Numbered from the stretch's first letter, positions 11,673-21,483 are shown. The stretch: DNA of 64,000 nt from an uncultured Chloroflexia bacterium (GCA_963797095.1 CAWCNY010000006.1:288001-352000); one strand, 5' to 3'. Made by a program: numbers and translations. Notes: a model not told the origin generated them from the letters alone.

Positions 11673-12122
11673 CTATGCGGCAACCTCTAAAGCGTGCTCA
11701 AACAGGCACAGAGAATCCGTAACTGCGGCGTCTATGAAGAGCGCACCATGAGTTCTTGCTACCGAGACCCTGTGGTGCCCATCGCGAACGAAGTACTCGT
11801 CACCCACCTTCTGAAGCTCAACAGGGGGCAGTGCCTCGCCGTTCAAGAATGCCTCTTCGATTCGTTCCCATCGCTGACGTGTGACATCCGTGAGTGGGTT
11901 GAAGTCTCGGTCGAAATCGCGTGTTCGATTGATGCTGCCCACGATGCAGGTCAAGGGGATCTGTTGAATGCCGCTGAGAGTCTGGCCAGCATATACACGT
12001 CCGGATTTGACTGCGGACAGAGAAAGCAGCGCATTATCCCTGGAGAGGACGGCCCTGAGCAAGCGGCCCATTATCGCCTTCTTTCTGGCACGTTGGAAAT
12101 GTGTTTCCGGCATCTTGTCCAC
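11673..12122 (-). CDS. ParB/Srx-like domain protein
   Basis: IVGS..R..DFDRDF.P, LPPVEL.KVGDEYFVRDGHHRVSVAR. Confidence 0.7.
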   Translation of the reverse strand: MDKMPETHFQRARKKAIMGRLLRAVLSRDNALLSLSAVKSGRVYAGQTLSGIQQIPLTCIVGSINRTRDFDRDFNPLTDVTRQRWERIEEAFLNGEALPPVELQKVGDEYFVRDGHHRVSVARTHGALFIDAAVTDSLCLFEHALEVAA

Positions 12123-12298
12123 CTCGCTTGTCTATCGGGTCTTATCATGTGATCTATCCCTCCTAATATATCGGGCATCCATCGGATAGGCATCGTGCGC
12201 AAGGTGGAACCAGGCAACAACGAGTGGAGTAACATTATCTACTACTTCTGTACGACCCTATTTAGGCCCTGGAATCGCAAGTAAGGTGGACCCCGTTG

Positions 12299-14714
12299 TC
12301 AAGACCACTGGGAGGCATTTTCTAAGGTGAGATTGCCTCCTTCTTGTGGGGTAGCTAGCCGACGGTAGACTGCCGCCGGTGTCTGATAGTCGAGGGCCTG
12401 GTGGGGCCGCTCATGGTTGTAGAATTCGATGTATTGGCCCAGGCTATGCCTTGCCTCTCTAGGAGTGCAGTATTCGTGCAGGTACACCTGTAGGCTAAGG
12501 GCCGTGCGCCTTGAGGTATTGCTATCTCAGGTTTCACTGCCCTCGCCTCCAAACCGGACGTACTCATTTCTGAGTATCTCGGCTTTCCCGTCCTTCGTTC
12601 CTTGGCTGGCAAGCCAAGTATTGCAAGTAGGATTTTCGGTTGTTGTGGCACTATGTGCCCCTCCTTTCCCCCTTGCAAGTGAAGGACCTGCGAGACTTCG
12701 CCTTGTACACGCCGTTAACGTGCGCCGAGAGTGGGCATTACTCCACTGACTACTACTCTCGCTCCGTAGCCTGGTGTAATATTCAGGTCCTGCAACCATA
12801 GCCTTGTGTCAGACTTGTATCTAACGCAGTGGCATTTACACTCGAGCTATCCCCGTTTAGTCTTAAACCAGATGCTTTCGATTTAGGTGGCTCGTTCAAA
12901 CCTTTATTCTCTTACTGAGACTGTGTTGGCCTAGAGGGTACATCCCATCATGAGGAGAAATGGGATGTTGGGCCAAAAGTGAGTGTCACCAGCCTTGCTG
13001 TCACCTGTCACCAGCCTGCTCACCCGGTTCAAGTTGCCCCACTCGGTTCTGAGCTTCAAGCAGTTTAGCCTTCACCATGTCGAAATTACTCTGAGAAACC
13101 CTCCGGTTGACTGGAACCATTGTTTTCCCTTACTGATGCCGTGCTATGTTCCCTCACGAGTTTTCACTCTTGAGGTAAGGCACTGAGTAGCTTCCTTTCC
13201 CTCAGGAAGCGAGATTGTTCGGAGCAATCTCACTGGCACTAAGACCCTTTACGGGCGCACCCTCATAGTTGATGGTTCTCCAAAGCCGCTCGGTGAAGAT
13301 GTTGTCCACGAACCGGCCCCTCCCATCCATGCTGATCCGCACGCCCGCCTCCTCCAACAGGCTGGTGTACTGCGGAGAGGTGAAGTGGCTTCCCTGGTCG
13401 GAGTTCCAGATATGGGGAGTCGCCCTGGAAAGAGCGGCACGAGTAGCTTCCATCACGAAGCTTTGCCCCATGTTCTGGCTCAGCTCCCAGCTAACGATGT
13501 AGTAGGCTAGGCCGCCAGCGAGTTGCCGTTGCCGACACTTTTCTGTCGGCCCGCCCCCGAACCCCGCATGCGCGTTGTCCACGCACGAGGCTCTCCAGTG
13601 TCATGATACGTGAACGTGAGTACCCTTTGTCCTGCCTGATGGCAGTCCTCTGCTACCACGTTCGCGTATGAGGTTGAGTACAGTTTCGGCGCTCTGCATT
13701 ACGCATACCTCTGTGTCTGTCTCCTCCCTGACACCTGTCACCCTTCCCCATGTAGACGGCTTTCCCGTCCGCAGAGTAGTATGGTGACTCCGTTACCATG
13801 GGGGTCTCCCCCTTTAGGCAATCCCATATTCCCTGGGTGTTAGACGTTCTAGCGTGACTTAGGTGCTTCGTTCGCTTCCTTTAGTAACCTCGTTGGCTAC
13901 CGCCCTCCAGTGGAAAGTTTCAGACGGCTCTCGATACTCCGCCCTGTACTGGAGGCTCTGCCATAAACAGTGTGTCAGAGGACGTGGCATTGCATCGCTG
14001 GAAACTGAAGTTCGGGCAATATTGCCTGAATGGGCAATAACAGTTTAGCTCTCACCATATCACGCGGGTCTTGCAGGGCCGTACGGTAACTGTTTTCCCG
14101 TACTCCCCACTTTATCGGCATGCTACTTTCCCCTTCAACTTTCGTATCCAGGTAGGCCGATTGACCCATAGGTCTCCTTTCCAACCTATCCCGCTTGCGG
14201 CGGGGATCTAACGTCCGGTTATATGGCGCACGCGGGAGTGCCAGTCCAACACCGCCACGAGGTAGAGCCAGCCTGGGTAGTCGCCCTTCATCCTGACGTA
14301 GGTCAAATCCACTCCCCAGACGTGGTTCGGGTACTGGGCCACCACTCCCCGGAGCAGATAGGGATATTTCGAATCGGACGCTCGTTTGCTACCTCTGCTC
14401 AGATGCGGACCCGGCACTATGGCCGAAAGACCCATCTCTCGCATATGCCTGATTACGGCTTTGCGGTTGACCGCATGACCCTCTTGCTGCAACTGCACGG
14501 TGATGCGCCGAGAGCCGTAGAAGGGGCGAGCTGTGTAGATTTCGTCTATGCGCCTCTTGAGGAGCACCTCCTCAGAAGAGGGAGGCACACTGTGGTAGTA
14601 CAAGCTGCTGCGGTTCAGCCCAAGCAGCTGGGTCTGAGCACGCATCGACAACCCCTGCACAGTGGTAACCGAAGGCTCCCGCTCCAGCAACGCTACTCGC
14701 TCCGCCCTACTCAT
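12299..14714 (-). CDS. IS3 transposase OrfB, three exons (14714-14232, 13501-13261, 12489-12299), 304 aa after splicing
   Basis: Junctions give DWHSR|YIVSWELS and TINYE(G|AG)VYLHEY; DDE motifs W.VDLTY, NSDQGSHF, DNIFTERLWRT, YNHERPHQAL. Confidence 0.9.
12490..13260 (-). mobile_element. group II intron (IIA-like), 771 nt, RT gene deleted
   Basis: 5' GTGCG; domain V GAAAGCCGAGATACTCAGAAATGAGTACGTCCGGTTTGGAGG; 3' end CCTAC; EBS1 loop (12950-12957) complementary to ligated exons ATGAGG|AG. Confidence 0.92.
13502..14231 (-). mobile_element. group II intron (IIA/ML-like), 730 nt, RT gene deleted
   Basis: 5' GTGCG; domain V GAGAGCCTCGTGCGTGGACAACGCGCATGCGGGGTTCGGGGG; 3' end CCTAC; 32-aa remnant ORF MQSAETVLNLIRERGSRGLP... 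Confidence 0.92.
13601..13699 (-). pseudogene. remnant of intron-encoded reverse transcriptase (ends fused by internal deletion)
   Basis: MQSAETVLNLIRERGSRGLP resembles the recalled N-terminus of ML-class intron RTs; no YADD motif present. Confidence 0.7.
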
Positions 14715-15021
14715 CGAGCCGGCCAGCTTTTTTTCCCAGCCACTCCAACTGGGTGGTCAGCTTGCCTATCTGGGCATACAGTTCATGCACTTTCTGGGCG
14801 TGTGCCTGTTCCCTCTGTGCCTGCTCTTTGGCCGACTGGCCGGAGAAGAGGGTGGGCAGCCCCTGCAAAGCGATGTCTCGCCACTGGTAGAGTTGGTGGG
14901 GGTGGATGCCATGTTCGGCGGCTATCTGCGCGACACTCTTCTCCTCGCGCAGTATCTCCCGCACGATGTTAGCCTTGTACTCCGGTGAATACTGGTTGCG
15001 TAGTCCGTTCATCTTTCTCAT
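14707..15021 (-). CDS. IS3 transposase OrfA (HTH)
   Basis: YSPEYKANIV.E.L....SVAQIAAEHGIHP.QLYQW; AAAAAAAG -1 frameshift motif at 14727-14734. Confidence 0.9.
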   Translation of the reverse strand: MRKMNGLRNQYSPEYKANIVREILREEKSVAQIAAEHGIHPHQLYQWRDIALQGLPTLFSGQSAKEQAQREQAHAQKVHELYAQIGKLTTQLEWLGKKAGRLDE

Positions 15022-15083
15022 GGTTGTTCCATCTCACCTTAAATCCTGCCGTTTCGTGGTCTAGTTTATGGGATCCATTATAA

Positions 15084-15140
15084 AGGGCACCCCTCATAGG
15101 TGCCCTCTGTAGGGTGCCCTCTGTAGGGTGCCCTCTGTAG
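15084..15140. repeat. GTAG-type REP-like palindrome plus three 14-bp tandem units (GGTGCCCTCTGTAG)
   Basis: agggcacccctcataggtgccct hairpin; tandem units 15099-15140; related motifs near 33420, 39465 and 50125. Confidence 0.65.
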
Positions 15141-15215
15141 AAGAGATCCTTTTGTATGCCGCTCCATAAGTCCCGAAGGGCACCTATTTTTGGTGCCTTT
15201 ATGCTCTTGGCCGGA

Positions 15216-17597
15216 TTATGATCTTGGCGATGTTTCTAATTTTGCTTCGGCGGTGGCGGTCCTTGGTTGGGCGGCTTCGGAGCGGTGGCCTTTCTGGCGT
15301 TCGGCCAGGAAATAGCTCCCTATCACGAACGTGCCCGCTGCGATCTGCAACAATATCCCTTCCCAGGTAGGATACACGCCGAGCCACGTCCCAACCCAGT
15401 AGGGCAGGTCGAGCGCGGAAATAGTGTGCGCCGGAAGCCAACCAACCATCTGCATGATATGGGTCGTGTTCCCCACCATTATCAGGAGCACGCCCCCGAT
15501 CATCACACCCGTCACCACCAGCATCTTCTTGTACGGCAGTTTGGCCTGTAGCGCCAGCACCACCACGCCCACCAGCACCGTGCCCGCCAGCCCCACAGCG
15601 ATACCCGCCAGCACCGGCCCAATGCCCGCCTCCAATACTAGGGCTTGCAGGAACAGCACCACCTCGAAGCCTTCGCGGTAAACGCTTGTGAAGCCAAGCA
15701 CTACCAACCCAAGCATCTGGCCCATCTCGCCGCTGATCAGGCGCTTCTTCTGGGCGTGGAAGCTGGCGATCCAGCCGGTCCAGTACACCTTGTGGAAGAA
15801 CCAGTTGGTGATCAGCAGCAGCACCCCGATAGCGATCAGCGATACAACCGCCTCCAACGCCTCGCCGTACCTGGCAAGCGAAGCAATCAGGTCGCTCGCC
15901 AGCAGCCATGTAAGCGCGGTAACGCCAAGCGATACCGCTACTCCCCACCATAGCGGCTTGCGGAACCGCCTGTTGGCCCCGCTCTTCAGGCTGCCCAGCA
16001 GCGAAGCGAGGATCAGCACGGTTTCAAGCCCTTCGCGGAACACTATGATTGCCGAGTTGGTGGCGACCGCCACGGGAGCGTTGTTGCCCTTCACCACCTC
16101 GGTTGCTTCCTCCAGACTGGAGTCCAGCATACCTCTGGTGGCCTTGATCTGCGACAACGGGGCCTGGTTGGAGATGAGGTACGCCAGCCCGCGCTGCGTG
16201 TCGGAGCCGTACCAGAAGAGGTCTTCAAGCTGCAAGGCCAATTGCGGCGCGAATACCTTCAACCTGGCTTCAGGCCCAGTTTCCAGGATAGCGTATGCCT
16301 CCAGGCGCGCAGACTCGGCCAGCGCATAATCGCCTGAGGCTACAGCCGATTCCATCCGGTCCAGCACCGAGGCGATCACATCCAGGTCAGCCGATGGGCT
16401 GGCCTTCTTCCATGCTTCGGGCATTATGCCATTCAGCAGGTTGGTGATCTGCGTCGTGGCAGCCTGTACTTCATCGGGGTTGGCTACGGCCGTGCGCCTG
16501 GCGGCGGCATCAAGCCCAGCGGTCTGCTCGCCCATCAGGCGCTCGATCTCGGCGGCCTTGGCGGCGTCCTGCTTTTCCAGGATGATCGCCAGGTCGGCTA
16601 AGGCCGCCGTCGCCCCAGCCTGGAAGGTGATCGCTTCCTGCAACTCGATATCCTGGGCTACTGTGCCGTTGCTCACCCCACGCGCATATTCCACCGGGAC
16701 CAGCGACAGGAAGCGGAGCAACTGGCCTGCACGCCGCACCTGCTCCTCGTCTGTAAGGGGTGCGGCTCGGAAACCCTTGAGCACACCCTCCACAGTCGCC
16801 AGATAAGTAGTGGGGTCCTTGCCCTCTACCCCTGCCTGCCTCAGCGCGTCAAACGCGCCTTGCGCCGCAGAAAGCCCCGCTGCTCCATTCTGCGTCTTAT
16901 ACTGCGCTGCCAAAATACCGAAATAGCCCGCCGCCAGCGATGTATGCTGGGCGAACCCAACCAGGAAGCCCTGTCTGTAATCGTCGGGCGCGCTTCTCAG
17001 CGCGTCTTCCATACGCGCCTGATATGTGTCCAGCAGATCGGCGCGTACCGCCTGCATGGTGTCGTCGCCTGTGATCTCGCCCCTGCCGAAGGCCGCTACT
17101 GCCAGCGTGGCATCGGCATCGGGCCTTGAGAAGCGGGTGGCCTGCCGGAACTCGCGCACCGCCAACCATTGGCGTGCTTTCGCTGCATCGCCACTTTGCA
17201 CCGATTTTTCCACTTCAGCGAACGCGGCATTGAGGAGAGCTGTCCACGTACTTGCCTGAGCGGACGCGAATAGCGGGCCTTTGCCCTGCGCCAGCGCGGC
17301 GCTTGCCTGTGTAAACCCAGCCTGGATGCCAGAAGCCCGCTCAGGCACGTCCTTTTCCAGGTCTGCCCGCAGGTCTTGATCATAGGTGGCTTGTGCCTGG
17401 GCCAACTGCCGGCTTGCGTCCGTGTTATCGAGCACATTTAATTGCGCTTGCGCTAGCAGCGAGCGTACCTGTTCAGCCGATGCGGCCGGTGTTGTCTCAC
17501 CCGATGCAACCGTCCGGGCAAAGCCGCCAGGGGCCAACATGTGGCCCCATGCAACGGCGAGTATGACTATCAATGAAATGCGTAGCAGCCTGGACAT
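15216..17597 (-). CDS. FTR1/EfeU-family iron permease with large N-terminal extracellular domain
   Basis: Two RExxE motifs (FREGLE, YREGFE) in the C-terminal multi-TM region; N-terminal signal peptide. Confidence 0.88.
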   Translation of the reverse strand: MSRLLRISLIVILAVAWGHMLAPGGFARTVASGETTPAASAEQVRSLLAQAQLNVLDNTDASRQLAQAQATYDQDLRADLEKDVPERASGIQAGFTQASAALAQGKGPLFASAQASTWTALLNAAFAEVEKSVQSGDAAKARQWLAVREFRQATRFSRPDADATLAVAAFGRGEITGDDTMQAVRADLLDTYQARMEDALRSAPDDYRQGFLVGFAQHTSLAAGYFGILAAQYKTQNGAAGLSAAQGAFDALRQAGVEGKDPTTYLATVEGVLKGFRAAPLTDEEQVRRAGQLLRFLSLVPVEYARGVSNGTVAQDIELQEAITFQAGATAALADLAIILEKQDAAKAAEIERLMGEQTAGLDAAARRTAVANPDEVQAATTQITNLLNGIMPEAWKKASPSADLDVIASVLDRMESAVASGDYALAESARLEAYAILETGPEARLKVFAPQLALQLEDLFWYGSDTQRGLAYLISNQAPLSQIKATRGMLDSSLEEATEVVKGNNAPVAVATNSAIIVFREGLETVLILASLLGSLKSGANRRFRKPLWWGVAVSLGVTALTWLLASDLIASLARYGEALEAVVSLIAIGVLLLITNWFFHKVYWTGWIASFHAQKKRLISGEMGQMLGLVVLGFTSVYREGFEVVLFLQALVLEAGIGPVLAGIAVGLAGTVLVGVVVLALQAKLPYKKMLVVTGVMIGGVLLIMVGNTTHIMQMVGWLPAHTISALDLPYWVGTWLGVYPTWEGILLQIAAGTFVIGSYFLAERQKGHRSEAAQPRTATAEAKLETSPRS

Positions 17598-17605
17598 AGC
17601 GTTCC

Positions 17606-18721
17606 TTAGTCTTGTATTGTGATATTGAGTTGGGCAGCTACCTGCGTGATCTCACCTGTAATGGCTGTTGCCCTGTTTTGCGCCTCGGCCCCCAGTTGGC
17701 CGGCTTCTTCTGGGGTGAACTGCTTGCCGTCTTGCTCTTGCTTGTATACGCCCGCCACATAGTCTTTCAGGTTGCTCAATCCTTGCGTGATTTGAGTGTC
17801 GCTGTCGGCGTCAACCGTCCGCGCCATAGGGCTTAGCCCATTATAAATGACTTGCCAGCTTGAAACATTGTCCACTATGTCCGACAGGCGCGATATGGCT
17901 CCGAAATCGCGCTCCGTGGCGCTGTTCCCCATCACGAAGCGTGAGTTCTTCCACGATTCGAAGAAATCGCTCACGGTTGGCACGTTGCCTGCCAGCGCGC
18001 CAAAAGCCTCGGCTACCGTGGGCTGCCATGCCTGCGCGGTGGTCTGCAACTCGCCCGTATAGCTATCGAGTGCATCAACGCCTGCCTTCAACACATTCGC
18101 GTCCGGTAGCGCATCGCCGAAATCCTGCTTGCCGTTGCCGTCGAAGTCGGGTTGCACTCCCTGGGCCGTATAGTCGGGGAAGGTGCCGAACAGCGTGCTT
18201 TCAGTCACCCCGAACAGGTTGCCGGGCTTGGGCAACGTGCGCCCATCGGGAAGTTTCAGGTCGAACGGCACTACATTATCCCCACCTTCCGCGCCCGATG
18301 CGCCCGCATCGAGGATCGTGTCATATTGGGAGAGGTCCGGTGTGCCTGCCACGATGCCTTCCACCTGCTCGTAGAGCGGGCTGGCTTGCTTCCAGGTGGT
18401 TCGGGCATCACTCACAGCCTTCGTCACTTCGTCCTTGTGGTCGGCCCACATTTTCGCGTAATCAAAGCCTGCGTTCTTTGCGAGTTCATAGTATTGGCTA
18501 GATGGCACCAGCAGTGCTTCTGTGCTTTTCTTGAGAGAGTCTAATTTGCTCAGCAGATAGTTCTTGATACCTGCTAGGTCCGCTTCGCCGGTCTGTGGTT
18601 GGGATATCTCGGTAGGAGCACCGGTTTGGGTAGGTTGGACAGCGGCGCTATCGCAAGCCGATAGCAAAAGAGAGATGGTGATCAGGCCGGGTGCCAGTAA
18701 TCGTTTCTCGACTCGTATCAT
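17606..18721 (-). CDS. imelysin-like/EfeO-family iron-binding lipoprotein
   Basis: Lipobox LSAC; W..A...YEQVEG; directly upstream of the FTR1 gene. Confidence 0.75.
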   Translation of the reverse strand: MIRVEKRLLAPGLITISLLLSACDSAAVQPTQTGAPTEISQPQTGEADLAGIKNYLLSKLDSLKKSTEALLVPSSQYYELAKNAGFDYAKMWADHKDEVTKAVSDARTTWKQASPLYEQVEGIVAGTPDLSQYDTILDAGASGAEGGDNVVPFDLKLPDGRTLPKPGNLFGVTESTLFGTFPDYTAQGVQPDFDGNGKQDFGDALPDANVLKAGVDALDSYTGELQTTAQAWQPTVAEAFGALAGNVPTVSDFFESWKNSRFVMGNSATERDFGAISRLSDIVDNVSSWQVIYNGLSPMARTVDADSDTQITQGLSNLKDYVAGVYKQEQDGKQFTPEEAGQLGAEAQNRATAITGEITQVAAQLNITIQD

Positions 18722-18751
18722 GGGAGCGGGATGTCACCTTTCGTAAGTGAA

Positions 18752-18788
18752 TTAAGACAGCTTTATTTGCGGAATAAAGATAACTTAA
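18752..18788. promoter_or_regulatory. inverted-repeat operator, possible DtxR/IdeR-type metal box pair
   Basis: TTAAGACAGCTTTATT and AATAAAGATAACTTAA form a 13/16 inverted repeat upstream of the iron-uptake genes. Confidence 0.45.
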
Positions 18789-18843
18789 CATCCGGCGCCT
18801 GTCAAGGGGTTTCTACAGTTTTAATTGTAAAAAGTGGGTTAAT

Positions 18844-21483
18844 CTATCGGAGCAACTCAAATACCGCCTGGGTATCCGGCTCAAAGTACTGAAGAAGGTC
18901 CGGTTGAGCGTCCAAAACTGCCGGGTCAACGTCCCAAATACGGCTCTCTTCTATGCTTTGCATGTATCTGAGGCGCGGCAGCGTCCGTAAATAGTCGAGT
19001 GTACCGGGCCAATCGGCTCCGTAGGCGTTGGCGCTCACCACCACGTAGCGCACGCCCCAATCGCGCAACACATTGAGAGCCTGATCATCGGGGAAGTTCT
19101 GGAGGGCGGGGCGGAGGTCGCGCCAGGGCTGCGGCTCGAATGTGTCGTAACCGTAGGCAATGGGCTTACCCTCTCCATAGTAGGTCTCTTGAAACAGCAG
19201 CGGCCCCGACTGCGACGCCGATAGCGGCATCTCCATCACCAACCCCGGCTCAGGCTGCGCGGCCAGGAAGCGGGCGGTCTCGGTAGGCTCAACCCGGCTT
19301 GTGCCCCACGAATAGGGCGATGTCCACAGGTCGATCAACAGGAGCAGAAGGGCGAGAAAAGTAAGCCGGTTGGAGTTGATGCGCAGCCCGCCGATCTTCA
19401 CTCTGGCCTGCATGATGTAGGCCCAACCCATCCCCATGATCACCGCCAAAGCAAGCGCCCCCAGCACCCCAAACCGGGCGTAGGCACGCATCGACGAATA
19501 GAAGGGGAGCCAATCGAACAACAGTTGGCCGGGCAGCGGCAAAGGCCCGAACGAGAACTGTACCTGTCCCTCCAGGCCGTGCAGCGTCAGGCCGAGCGAC
19601 AGAATCGCGGTTACAATCAGCAGCGTTAGCCATGCCGAAGAAGCGCGATTGGCAGGCAGCCTGGCCCGCCGCCGCGTAGTCCACCCGGCCAGCACGATAG
19701 CCACCGCTACCACGCCAACATACAGGTTGGTCTCGATGATGTTCTCCTGTGCGTGCGCGCGCATGAACGGCTCGCCCCATACAGGTTGCAACTCGTTCGG
19801 TATCAGGTAATCGAGTGGCGATGCCGAGTGTTCGTCGGCGGCCTTCGCGCTATGCGTCAACTCGCCCTGCGCCCACAATCGCAGGCTGGGAATGGCGGCC
19901 ACCCCGCCCAGCACCAGAAAGACTACGGCAGCGGCAAGCAGGGGACGGACCAAGGACGAAGGACGAAGGACGGGTGACGATTGAGGGCTGTCACCTGTGT
20001 GCTCCCCGTCATCAACTGTCGTATTTCCTTCGTCCTCCGTCATTCGTCTTTGCTGCACCACCCTCACTACCGCGTAGAGTGCCAGCCCAAGCCCCACCAT
20101 GTAGGCGTAATACCACGCAGATAGCGCGGTGAGCGACACCATGAGGCCCAGCAGCGCGCCGTCCTTTACCGAGCGCGTCTTTAAGGTGCGTTCAAGAAAG
20201 TAGAACGAGAGCGCGATCCATCCTGTTCCCACAAGCTGGATGTGCCCGGCGATCTGCGCCATCCGGTAGGGGCAGAAGGCGAACGCTACCCCCGCCAGCA
20301 GCGCCGCGCCCCTGTTGCCCGTAAGCTCACGCACCAGCAGATACGCCCCCATGCCTGAGATCACAAACGACAGGAGCAGCAGCAGGTTGTAAGACACCAC
20401 ATCGTTGGTGAGCGTGCCGATCACCACACCGGGCAGGGTGTTCACCAGGGTCGGCTCGCCCTGCGCCAGGTCGAATCCATACGGTGCGTAGCTGTTGGGG
20501 TCGAACAGGGGCCACTGCCCGCGTTCTACAAGCGCCGTGCGGAACCACCACATCTTATAGAGGAACGCGAAATTGTCGGCGGGCCACCCCGGCATCGAGG
20601 TGCCAAGCCGAGTCGCCAGCGGCCAGGTGAAGGCCACCGCCAGCAGCGCCATCAAGAGAGCAACCGCCCCCAACTCTCTCCACTTTGGTGTACCGGGTGC
20701 GCCTGTATCCGCCTCAGGCTTCCGGCTTCTCAAAATGCGCAAAGCATAGTAGACAAAAAGCGCACCTGCCATCAACCCGGCCACCCATGCCATGACGGGC
20801 AACGCTGTGGTGGAGGGCAGCAGAAGAGAGGCCAGCGTGGGCAGCATTGCCGCGCCCACTCCCGCCACGATCCCGTAATAAAGAGAGCGCCGGGTGCCAA
20901 GCACAGTGGCACATACGGGTATGAGTATAGCTGCCAGCAGCCACAGGTATGGCGGCACTCGCAACCCCGCTCTCCCCGCGCGAGGGGCCGTAGCGATCGC
21001 TGAAACGGCCATCCCCAGCTTGCGCCTATCGTCAGGGCCTGGATAGAAGGTCTCGCTGTCGATTATCAGGCGGACATCAGGGCCGAGGCCCGGACCTACC
21101 GTAGTTGTGTAGGTGTTCCAACCGGGCTGTGCATCGTAGCTGCCCAGGTCCTGGGAGCCTATTGACAGGCGAAAGTGAGCGGGCGGGCTTTCGGCGGGGC
21201 GTGCGGGGTTGAGCGTAATGCTGATTACCTGGTTGGTTGCCAGCGCGGGCAGCGACACCGCCGAGGCCGTTCTGCTCCACCTGAACCCCACATCGCCCGA
21301 TTGTTCAGGCGGGTAGAAGTGCGCCGCCGAAAGGGCAGCATCGCCCAGGTCGAGGGTAACCGCCTTCGGGGGGGCCACCGCCCAGCGCACCATCAGGAGC
21401 GCTATCGCCACCGCGGCCAATCCAATCGACATGGCCGCAGTCAGCGTTCTTCGTGTCAGGTCAGGATTTCTAGGTGAGGACAT
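18844..21483 (-). CDS. multi-TM GT-C/YfhO-like membrane glycosyltransferase
   Basis: Many TM helices, AFAFCPYR, SMRAYARF, LRDWGVRYVVV; N-terminal FRWS beta-rich domain. Confidence 0.65.
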   Translation of the reverse strand: MSSPRNPDLTRRTLTAAMSIGLAAVAIALLMVRWAVAPPKAVTLDLGDAALSAAHFYPPEQSGDVGFRWSRTASAVSLPALATNQVISITLNPARPAESPPAHFRLSIGSQDLGSYDAQPGWNTYTTTVGPGLGPDVRLIIDSETFYPGPDDRRKLGMAVSAIATAPRAGRAGLRVPPYLWLLAAILIPVCATVLGTRRSLYYGIVAGVGAAMLPTLASLLLPSTTALPVMAWVAGLMAGALFVYYALRILRSRKPEADTGAPGTPKWRELGAVALLMALLAVAFTWPLATRLGTSMPGWPADNFAFLYKMWWFRTALVERGQWPLFDPNSYAPYGFDLAQGEPTLVNTLPGVVIGTLTNDVVSYNLLLLLSFVISGMGAYLLVRELTGNRGAALLAGVAFAFCPYRMAQIAGHIQLVGTGWIALSFYFLERTLKTRSVKDGALLGLMVSLTALSAWYYAYMVGLGLALYAVVRVVQQRRMTEDEGNTTVDDGEHTGDSPQSSPVLRPSSLVRPLLAAAVVFLVLGGVAAIPSLRLWAQGELTHSAKAADEHSASPLDYLIPNELQPVWGEPFMRAHAQENIIETNLYVGVVAVAIVLAGWTTRRRARLPANRASSAWLTLLIVTAILSLGLTLHGLEGQVQFSFGPLPLPGQLLFDWLPFYSSMRAYARFGVLGALALAVIMGMGWAYIMQARVKIGGLRINSNRLTFLALLLLLIDLWTSPYSWGTSRVEPTETARFLAAQPEPGLVMEMPLSASQSGPLLFQETYYGEGKPIAYGYDTFEPQPWRDLRPALQNFPDDQALNVLRDWGVRYVVVSANAYGADWPGTLDYLRTLPRLRYMQSIEESRIWDVDPAVLDAQPDLLQYFEPDTQAVFELLR

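Larger units (their letters stand above)
12282..15082 (-). mobile_element. IS3-family insertion sequence carrying two group II introns
   Basis: 27-bp imperfect IRs (TAAGGTGGACCCCGTTGTCAAGACCAC versus TATAATGGATCCCATAAACTAGACCAC), 3-bp AAG duplication at 12279-12281 and 15083-15085; 1300 bp once introns are removed. Confidence 0.9.

Noticed and set aside
12490-14231. Retron, DGR or intact intron RT
   Set aside because: No RT-length ORF or YADD-type motif; only short remnants
15099-15140. CRISPR array
   Set aside because: 14-bp units abut with no spacers, and there are no cas genes in the window
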